From the human T2T-CHM13v2.0 reference genome, Homo sapiens: 64,000 bases of DNA. The position numbers were made by a program, and so were the translations under genes. Where the stretch lies: assembly GCF_009914755.1 (NCBI RefSeq), contig NC_060943.1; one strand, 5' to 3'. The notes beneath the pieces are model-generated. The model did not search any database. It was not told where the DNA came from and was given only the letters and a program-made list of their open reading frames with translations. Shown here piece by piece: positions 54,116-64,000 of the stretch (position 1 is the stretch's first letter; each line of letters starts with the position of its first letter).

Positions 54116-54435
54116 TTCTCTCTCTCTCTCTCCCCATCTCTCTCTCCCCCCATATCTCTCCCCCTCTCTCTCTCTCTCCCCCCCTCCCCCTCTGTCTCTC
54201 TCTCCCCCATCTCTCTTCCCCCTCTCTCTCCGCCTCTTTCTCTCCCCCCCTCTCTTTCTCTCCCCCTCTCGCCCCCTCTCTCCCCCTCTCCCCCTCTTTC
54301 CCCGCTCCCCCTCTCTCTCTCCCCTTCTCTTTCCCCCTTGCTCTCTCCCCCTCTCCCCCCTCCCTCTCTCTCTCTCTCTCTCTCTGTCTCCCCGCTGCGC
54401 GCGTGCGCCCCCCTCCGGCCCCCCCTTCCCCCCAC
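54116..54435. repeat. CT-rich polypyrimidine/polypurine tract
   Basis: About 280 nt almost purely C/T, followed by C runs. Confidence 0.95.
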
Positions 54436-55957
54436 CGCCGACAGTACCACCCTCCATCAAGTGCCGACTCTGGGCCTTGTCACCTTGGGAGGACCAGAGT
54501 AGTGCAGTGACTTTGCCAAGGTCACACAGCAGGAGGCTGGGCCCAGCACACCCTAGACCTTCCTCTGCTTCCCTTGCCCCACTTGGAGGCACAGGCCGAT
54601 GGGGCATCTGGGAGCCCACACCCTCCCTGCCCACCAGGTGTCTCCTGGGCCAGTGGCTTCGTGTCCTGGGCACGTGTCCTGTGCACAGCCCGGTGGGGGC
54701 AGCTGGAGGGGTCTCCAAGGCGGCGGCTTCCTGTCTCAGAGCAGGATCCCCCGGCATGTGCTCCAGCAGGCAGGCTTTGTAGTGGGATTACTAATGGGGC
54801 AGATCAAAAGGATGTTCCTATTTCACTCAAGGAAATAAAATGTGCACGCAGCCGCCTTTCTCACGCTGAACTCAAGTTAGTCCTACAAGCCTGCACGCCA
54901 TGTTAGATTAGCTCAGCACGCGGCCGGGCTGGCCCCGAGGTGGGTGGTGCCTGGTGCTGGTAGATAAGGGTCTCTCCTCCAGAGCCCAGGACTCAGCGGC
55001 ATCCCGAAACACCCTGCCACGGGGAGAGTTGACTGAGGATTAAACAGAGCGCGAGAGATGTGAAGCCTGGCTGGAAGGCTGGGGAGCCACTCACGCTCTC
55101 TTAACTGGTTCCCTGCCAGCTGTCTGTGGGTGAGGCCTGCTGTGTGCCAGCCTCCCCGGGGACATCTCGGGCTCTCTGGAGGTGTCTGGCAGGGAGAGCT
55201 TCTGCTGAGCTTGGGAAGGGGACGATGACTTGGATTCCCCAGAGGCGCCATTCCAGGAAACGGCCCACTCGGCACCACCCATCTCCTCCCACCTCCCCGC
55301 ATCCAGGCTGGATGGGGGCTCCGGCAGGAACCAGGCCTCTCCTAAAACCCCAGCCCTGGGGTGTACTGAACTTAATTACTGTAAAATTCAAACCAAATTG
55401 TTTCTGCTGCCTGGGAGAACTGTGTGTTCCTTCTGTTTGGTAATGAGGCTGCCTGCTCCAGGTGATTAACCCGGAGCCCAGGGGGAGGGAGCCCAGGGGG
55501 AGGCGGCAGAAGGCAGGGGCTGGGGAAGGGTGGGAGGGAGGAGGGCCCACGGAGGTGCGGGAAACTCCAGCCACTCCTCTGACCCGCTGGAGCCCACGGC
55601 TGGCCTGTGCCCTGCCTTTGGCTTCCTGCCTCAGTGAGCCTCTGATTTATGGCGTTGTGGGGCTGGACGCATCGTGTGTGCCGCAAACTGCTGTGTGAAA
55701 TATGTCTCCCTTGCTCTTCCCAGATCTTCCCTGTCACTCTGACCCTGGTGAGGCCTTTGGGGCCCCTTCCCATGTGTGGGCTTAGGGGGTGTCACAGTCA
55801 CGCAGAAGCGTGGGGAGAATCTGCAGCTAAGACCAGGCGGAGCGGATCCCGGGCCGGGCCAGAATGAGTGGGTCCCATGCTGGCTCTTGGCCTAGTGTTT
55901 ATGCTGCATGTCTGGAGGGTGATCTAGGAGAGGAGTGGTCTGGAAAGAAGGCCTCGT

Positions 55958-56160
55958 TTAGTCTCTCCCTCGGCACTGCGGACATTGGGGCCGTATCCTT
56001 CTCTGGGCTGGGGCCGTCCTGGGCACTGCACGGTGCTGAGCAGTGCCCCTGGCCTCCACCCACTCCATGCCAGGCACACCCCAACCCAGCTGTTTCAACC
56101 ACAACATCGGCAGGCACATCCACTCCCATGGGGGCAGGGCCACCCATTGAAGACACCTGG
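55958..56160 (-). mobile_element. MER20
   Basis: Same motifs as 998-1207 (ctcggcactgcggacattggggccg...ccctggcctccacccact..atgccag). Confidence 0.7.
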
Positions 56161-57689
56161 GTCTCCAGGCTCCCTGCGGGCCCTTCCTTCCTTTCTCCCA
56201 CTGCTCTCGGCTTTCGGGATCACGCCCTCTAATACCCCCGGTTCTGCTGCCCAGGAGCTCCGGGGGGGACACATCTCCCCAGAGGAGGGTCGGGGGCTTT
56301 TCTAGACCGAGGCTCGTGGTGTGGCTCGAGGGCCTTTGCCAGCTCGGCAGCCCCCAGTCTTCTCTACCATCCTTCATGGACAGAGCTGGTTCGGGGGCTG
56401 CAGCTGGTTGCTGCCTGGCATCAGAGGAGCGGGTCTGCTTACGGGGTCAGGCAGAGGCAGGACCCCCTCGAGGGGCACTGGCGAGGGAGCCCAGGGGTCA
56501 GCCGTCAGAGAAGCAGGAGAGTCAGAGGAGGGGGCTCGCAGGGCCTGGCCCTGAGTCAGAAATGGTGGAGTTCTCCCCTCTGCCATCTCAGGGCATCCCG
56601 GCTCATGGCTGTTCCTCAGCCGTCGTGGATGAGTCGTAACCTGGAGAGTGAGAGAGAACCTCCAGGGGCAACTGCTGGCAAGGAGGGATCAGGGGAGGCC
56701 GGGCCCCTGTACCCCTGACCACATGTCCTCTCCCCACCCAAGGTGTGACCCTTCATGGGGCCTGTGGTTCATACCTGGAGCTGTCTGCCTGGGTGCAGAC
56801 CCTCCCCTCCTAGTGCTCTGCCTCAGTTTCCCTCCTAGGGCTGTTGGAAGTGACATGGAACAGCACTTGGGTGGTGCCTGGCACAGAAGCAGGACTGCTG
56901 TGGCTGTTGAGGCCCCTTCAGGGCAGCATGTGGAGGAGAAAGGCAGGTCCTGGTGGCCTGGGGTCAGGTGTGCAGCTGCCTGCTTGTCATGTCCCTGCAG
57001 GGGCTCACAACACTGATAGACTCGAGGCTACTTTCATTTAGGGAGGGCCAAAGGGGACATCGGAGCCTCCCCAGGCACCTGGTGGATGTGTGGGCAGCAT
57101 GGAAGGCTGCGGAAGGCCATGGAAGGCCCGTGACCTTGCCTGGCCTGGCTGGCCGGGAGGGGCAGGGAGCCGCTTTCTGTGCTGCCAGGAATGGCCCCGC
57201 AGCCGAAGCCCAGGGAGCCCTGGGAGCCGGCGCCTAATTGTTTTGTTGACGCGGCTGCCGAGCACTTCCAGTAGGTTTCCTAATGAACTGGTTTGTTATC
57301 GGCCTCACTGCAGCGCTGATAATTACATCAGAAACAGGGGGCCCACTCGTCCTTCCCACGCGTTCTGTGAGCCATCAGCGCAGATGCGGGCGCCTCTGCC
57401 CCTTCCTCGGTGTTTAACGCTTTGTGTGCCAAGGCACCTGCCACCCACACCCACCCCAGACAGATGGTCGAGATGGCTGTGAGAGGAGTGTGACCGCCAC
57501 TCGCCCCGGTTGGTGTCTGCTTGGCAGTGGTCACCGCGCAGGTCACTGTTCAGCTGCTGGGAAGGCAGTGGATGAGGCCATCGAGGTCCAGGGAGGAGAC
57601 AGGACACGAACAAGGGTGGAAGGAGGAATTTCTGCTCCTAGAGAGGGTGCAGGGACGCTGCAGCTGCGGCCTGGTGTGTCTGCCACCTG

Positions 57690-58070
57690 GGTAGCCCAGT
57701 CCACAGCCCAGGCAGCTGAAAGCACCAGACATGTATCCTCTCTCAGTTCTGGAGGCAGAGGCTGAGATGGGTGTGTGGCGGGCCGAGCCCCCTCAGGGCG
57801 CCAGGGAGACCACCCTGCCTCTCCTGGCTTCAGGGCTGGCCGAGATCTCAGGGCTGCTTGGCTTGCAGGGGTGTCGCCCTCTCCTCTGCCCCATGGTCAC
57901 GCGGCCCCTCCTCCCTGTCTTTGTGTCCTCTTGTCTGCTTCTAAGGGCACCAGGTGCTGACCCCCGGCAGGCCCTGATCCCATATGTGAATCATGCACTG
58001 ATGACAGCTGCTACCACCCTGCTTCAGAAAAGCTCCTCTGTGAGGCCCCGGGTGCAGGATGCTGAGTAGC
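57690..58070 (-). mobile_element. Degenerate MLT1 (B/C-like) LTR
   Basis: tcctctctcagttctggaggc...tgcctctcctggcttc...tgtctgcttctaagggcaccag. Confidence 0.6.
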
Positions 58071-59383
58071 GCGGGGAACAGCACTGCTGGGGAGGAACGA
58101 AAATTGCGAGGTCCCTGAGCGGGGGACCTGGCAGAGGCCAAACGTCAGAGGTCGGGGGCTGCAGTAAGGGCCTTTGAAGTTAGATTTCATCACCATGTGC
58201 GGGGGGGAGGCACTGGGCATTTCAGCAAGGGAGAGGGGCCACTGGCTGGAGAAGGGACTATGGGAGAGATGGGGCAGGGAGCCCGGCGTGGATGGCCGCC
58301 GTCTAGACGGGCATGGGGTCTGTGGGCGTGGGAAGAAGGGGACAGCGTGTGCCTGTGTTTTAGGGGTGGTGCCTGTAGGACCTGGTGATAGGACAGAGGT
58401 GGGGGCACAGGGGAGGGGTGGGGACTTGGGCATGTAGGTGTGCGGTGGTGCTGGGAGCGCACAGAGGGACATGGAGGAGCCAGGACTGGGTGTGCTGTTG
58501 AGATGCGTCAGAGCCTGCCTTCCAGTGTGGGAGCCACGGGCCACACGTAGCACCGTATCCATTAACCAAAATGAAATAGGATGAACCCTCCACTCCTCAG
58601 TCAGGCCAGCCGCGGGTCAAGCCCTTTGCTAATAGCCGGGTGGGCTGGTGGCCGTGTCCTGGGCAGCGCAGGTGCAGGTCATCGCCGTCACCACAGACAG
58701 TCCTGTCACCGTGCAGCTGATGCGTCCTGTGGAGGGGTCTGCAGCTCGGGGGCGGCGCCGGGGGCGGGGCAGGGGCAGTGTGAGGGATGGGACGTGTTGA
58801 GCCATAGATGTCCTGTCGGCAGCTATGAGATGCTGTGCCCTCCCCACGCCAGGATCGCTGTTTCTAAGGCCCCTGCCCGTCCCCATCCCTGTCCACAGCA
58901 GGGCAAGCACCAGCCATGCAATGTCTGTCACCGTCGGCTGTAGAACCGCCCGCTGGTGGCTGGCATTGTCCTCAATGTTCCGCCCTGGTTCCTGGATCAG
59001 GGGGCTGGGAGTTGGCGCTGCAGCTGACGAGAGCATTCATGATCCCCGTGGTCAGATGCTATTTGGGTTGATGATTTTATCGGACCACATATAATCATTT
59101 TCTCATTAGGCCGGTGGCTGTGTCTTCTCTCTGCCACTCTACTGTTTTACATGAGCAGACTCTAGTATCTGTTCAGGCTTTTAAAAAAGAGATGGCCTCT
59201 GGTGAAAGCTCAGTGCTGTTTAAATCAGGAAAGGTGGCAGATGAGCCCCCTGGGCTCCAAGGCAGCAGTGGTAGCCCACTGTGTCTGCAGGTGGCCAGGG
59301 TCCTGTGATGATGCTGCCAGCCAGGCTGCTGCACACTGAGAGCTGGGGGCCCACGAGCCTCGGTGCTGGACGCCCCCACAGTG

Positions 59384-59568
59384 TGGATCAGATCGCAAGG
59401 GGCTGGCCAGGGCAGGGCAGAGCCTGCTAGGAGGAGGGAGAGGGCTGGGAGCAGCCAGGGTGGACCCCTCAACCTGGATCAGATCACAAGGGGCTGGCCA
59501 GGGCAGGGCAGAGCCTGCTAGGAGGAGGGAGAGGGCCCGGAGCAGCCAGGTCGGACTCCTCAACCTGG
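59384..59568. repeat. Tandem duplication, 2 x 91 bp
   Basis: tggatcagatc..cctcaacc units start at 59384 and 59475. Confidence 0.92.
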
Positions 59569-59855
59569 GGACCCTCCCCCAGCAGCTGCAGGCTTGAGTG
59601 TGTGCAGCACTTATGTGCGAGCATGTCGTTTGTGTGTGTGTTTCCCTGGGAATCAGACCCTGGCAGGGGCCCCCAGTCTATAGAGTGGGTGCTATGGACC
59701 CCAGCCGCTGTGAGGCAGAGTGTGCGCCCCACCAAGGGGCAGGCTGCTGAAAAGTCAGCTTCACAGGGAGCTTGTTTTAGGAGGAGGTCCTTGTGTTATG
59801 GAAATGTAGGCCACAGACTGAGGCGCACACAGGGCCGGTGTACAGTGTGGGGAAT

Positions 59856-60278
<423 letters not shown>

Positions 60279-60374
60279 TGACCTCAGTGCCCCTGCCCAG
60301 ACCCCAGTTTCTCACTTCCGTGCGATGTGGCATTTCTACACTGGAGTCGCTGGTGACATCAGTGGCGCCTGTTG

Positions 60375-60640
60375 CCGCGGTGCCCCCGGCGGTGTCGGTG
60401 GTGCGTGTTGCCATGGCGCCTGCCTGGTGGAGGAAGTGTCCCGCGGTGCCCCCGGCGGTGTCGGTGGCGCGTGTTGCCATGGCGCCTGCCTGGTGGAGGA
60501 AGTGTCCCGCGGTGCCCCCGGCGGTGTCGGTGGCGCGTGTTGCCGTGGCGCCTGCCTGGTGGAGGAGGTGTCCCGCGGTGCCCCCGGCGGTGTCGGTGGT
60601 GCGTGTTGCCGTGGCGCCTGCCTGGTGGAGGAAGTGTCCC
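60375..60640. repeat. CpG-rich minisatellite, 4 x 66 bp
   Basis: Units start at 60375, 60441, 60507 and 60573; 22-aa periodicity in the ORFs. Confidence 0.95.
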
Positions 60641-60856
60641 TCCGTTTCTGGATTTGCCTTAATAGCTCAGAGAAGGCTGAGGGAAACCTGTGAGTGATTG
60701 TAAACATCCCATGCTAGGGAAGGGCTTGTGAGGCCACACAGGGTGGCTTCCACCAGAATCGACACTTTAAAGAGCACGGGCTGGCAGCATGTGTGGTGTG
60801 GAGTCAGCAGGGCGGGGAGAAAAGAACAAGGCACGTGCCCCATGGCCATCGGGTGA

Positions 60857-61322
<466 letters not shown>

Positions 61323-62350
61323 TGTGCAGGCCTTGGTGGAGCTGCTCCTTCGGTCCTGATGGGGAGCATTTCCCAAATGTGCCCCATGGAAAAGGCAAGG
61401 CGCAGAGCAGGGACTGTAGGATGTCATTGACATGAAAAGCAGAGGACCGCTGCCCTGTGTGTCGGGAGGCTGGGGCCTCAGGGCAGAGAGCGCGTTGGCC
61501 ACCTTCCCTTTTGTTCTTCTGGAGCTGGGTACTGGGTGCAGCGTTGGCTGTTCCAGAAAGTCTATGAGTTCTGTCTCCGTTTTGGCTTGGAGTTCTCCTG
61601 TGGGAGGTGCCCAGCAAGGATGATTCCCCTCGGCCACCAGTGAGATGGGAACCCTCCTCCTCCTCAGCTCAGCAGAGCCGTCGTGGACCTGGGGCCCCCA
61701 GCTTCTTTGGATCTCAGGCATGGGGGGCGCAAATGTCAGTCGGGAGCTGTCAAGCTCTGTGGAAGGTTTCTGCATGTTTGCCCGAGCCCCACCAGGAGGG
61801 GCTTCAAAAGTGCTTGTCCAAGTGCAGAGCAAGGCAGGGCACAGAGGCAGAGGCAGACACAGCCCCCAGCTGGGCCAGGGCTGGTGGCCAAGGGGCTTCC
61901 TCAGTGTGTAGCCTCCGTGGCAGCCTCCATGTGTAGTACATGGTCAGTAGAAGCCCCATTAACAGCAGGGGGGACTCGGCCTCTGGGGAGCGGATTTCTT
62001 TTGCAATATGATGTTAAAGGAAGGTCTGGCATTCAGTATGTTTTTTATTTTATTTTTTATTACAGTTTACAAAAGCACTCCAGTTTCATTGGATTTCAGG
62101 CATTTTGCATGGGATCGTTATGGCTCAGAAGGCGTAATCTCAGGCATTAGATTAGAGTGACAGGCTTGGGAATTCAGACCGGAGAACAGCTGCCCTGCCT
62201 GTTCCCTTGTAGGTGACTGGCAGGTCTTGCTTTATAACAGGAAGTGCTCCCATGGTGGCCCTGACTTGCCCAGCCTGTGGGGTTTGCTTGTGTTACCTCA
62301 TTTAAAACCCCTGGCAGCACGAGGTTGGTCCATCTAGTTCCCTAGAAAGG

Positions 62351-62706
62351 TGCCATGGACTGAAGGTCTGTGTCCCCTCAGAGTCATCTGTTGAGTGCTC
62401 ATACCCCTCCCTAGGGTGATGGTATTAAGAGATGGGGCCTCTGGGAGGCGACGAGGGCATGAGGGTGATGCCCTCATTGATGGGATCAGTGCCCTTATGA
62501 AAGAGCCCCCAGAGAGCTCCCTCGCCCCCTCCATCATGGGAGGACTCAGTGAGAAGATGCCAAGAATCAGGAAGTCACCCTCACCAGACACCAGACCTGC
62601 CAGTGCCCTGATCTTGGACTTCCCAGCCTCCAGAACCATAAGAAATAAGCAATTTGCTTATGAGCCCCCAGCTTATGGTATTTTGTTTCAATAATGGACT
62701 AAGACA
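62351..62706 (+). mobile_element. MLT1A-like MaLR solo LTR
   Basis: Runs from tgccatggactgaa..tgtgtcccc to atggactaagaca, with TG..CA termini. Confidence 0.85.
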
Positions 62707-62954
62707 AAAGGTTCATTCCAGTCACTTCCTCACATGCCATTTCCCTCATCCCTGCCTCCAAGGAATGTGCAGGGTGGATTTCTGAGCCTTTAGTTGCTGC
62801 TTTCTTTCCTTTTGGCAGAGATACTTTCAGGGGAACCTGGTCACATAGAACAACCTCCGGTTCCAGTAGTGCTGGGCACACACTGGGTAGCAGTGGGCAG
62901 TGGAGAGGATTGCAGGGCACCAGAAGGCCCATTTGTTTCCTTTCTCTTTAAACA

Positions 62955-63365
62955 TGATGAGCAGGTCTGTGCAAATACCCCAAAGTCCAAGGATGCTGAG
63001 AGGCCAAAGAAAGAAGCTGGCATTCAGTTTCTCAGAGAGAAACATTTAATAAGGATTTACAACGAGAAGCCATGTCTGTGTCTTGGGTGGCGGTAGTGAG
63101 ACAAGACGGTGGATCCCTGCACCATCACCCCCAGACCCAGGGCTTATATACCATAGGGAAGGGTTGTTTTGGGATGTGCAAGACAATTGAAATATGGAAA
63201 CCTCAAGGGCCATTTGACCAAAGGGCAAGATTTACAGTAAGTACCTGCTCTTATACAAGGAGCAGTAGATGAACTGGAAATCTCAGAGGCCTTCCCAGAA
63301 TGGGGGTTAATCAAAAGCCAACATGGCAGGTTAGCATCCAAGATGGAGTTGCTTTGGCCTCCACA
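62955..63365 (-). mobile_element. ERV solo LTR (LTR47-like), antisense to KDM4B
   Basis: Minus strand starts TGTGGAGGCCAAAGCAACTCCATCTTGGATGCTAA, has TATATAAGCC and ATTAAA, and ends CTCATCA. Confidence 0.7.
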
Positions 63366-63464
63366 CCTGCTGTGACCTCATTTCTGAGAGACATATGCTC
63401 CAGGGGCTTCTTGAGAAAGGAACACAGGCAGTAAAGTTTTGAGACTTTTCTCATTTGAAAACAG

Positions 63465-63662
63465 GGCCTGAGGGTGGCACCCTCATGGAGGAGATCAGAG
63501 CCCTTATAAAAGAGCCCCCAGAGAGCTCCCTCACCCCTTCTACCAGAGGAGGACACAGTGAGAAGGCACCATCTAAGAACCAGGAAGTGACCCTCACCAG
63601 ACACCAAATCTGCCAGTGCTTTGATCTTGGACTTTCCAGCCTCCAGAACCTTGAGAAATAAG
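63465..63662 (+). mobile_element. Second MLT1A-like LTR fragment
   Basis: Shares aaagagcccccagagagctccctc and ccctcaccagacacca with 62351-62706. Confidence 0.8.
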
Positions 63663-64000
63663 GAAAGGGCAGAATTTGAAAATGAAACCAAAAACTCCAC
63701 AGGATGGTTAGGCAACAAAGTAGAAGAACTTGTGCAGGAGAAGCTGCTGTCTGGGTGGCGGATAGTTTGGCTGGGTATCGAAGTCCCTTCGAAGGCTGCA
63801 CCCATCCGTGGTTCTCATTCAGTGCTGCTGGCACAAAGATGCTCCTCTGATTCCTCATCCTTGGTGTGGGACCTGTTTTTCTCCCTTCTGGAGGCTTATT
63901 GAACCCTTTTTGTGTCCCAAGTGTCCTGAAGTCCCCTCATTGGGTACCTGATACGTGTCTGATTTTTGTCACTTGCCCCTCCTTGGGCCTTTCCATCCAT

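Noticed and set aside
54049-54757. Glu/Arg/Gly-rich and Ser/Pro/Leu-rich ORFs
   Set aside because: Translations of the CT low-complexity tract.

Overview
Human (or very close primate) GC-rich genomic DNA, not microbial. The window lies inside the histone H3K9me3/H3K36me3 demethylase gene KDM4B (JMJD2B; recalled location 19p13.3), transcribed on the + strand. It holds six internal coding exons: 3208-3383, 4509-4623, 10851-11044, 34388-34437, 41147-41250 and 46148-46285. All have canonical AG/GT boundaries and splice in frame into 259 codons, about I48-Q306: the end of JmjN, the linker and almost the whole JmjC domain, including the Fe(II) triad H189/E191/H277. Exon labels 4-9 and residue numbers are from memory of the reference. 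The rest is intron: about 22 Alu/FLAM/FRAM copies, old L1M fragments, MaLR and ERV LTRs, MER20 and Tigger4 DNA transposons, three large GC-rich minisatellites (38/39, 58 and 66 bp units), local duplications, non-B-DNA tracts and AT-rich islands rich in homeobox motifs. Nearly all listed ORFs are spurious. Best leads: (1) exons 6-9 total 486 nt, phase 0 to phase 0, stop-free and bracketed by inverted Alus, so a circRNA would carry an endless JmjC ORF; (2) two exons start with GTAC and rebuild a donor after splicing; (3) a 58-bp VNTR of hairpin-embedded decoy acceptors lies just upstream of exon 8; (4) a 39-bp VNTR appears to have arisen from a Tigger4 terminus/L1 junction. Repeat subfamily calls are by eye and repeat boundaries are approximate.
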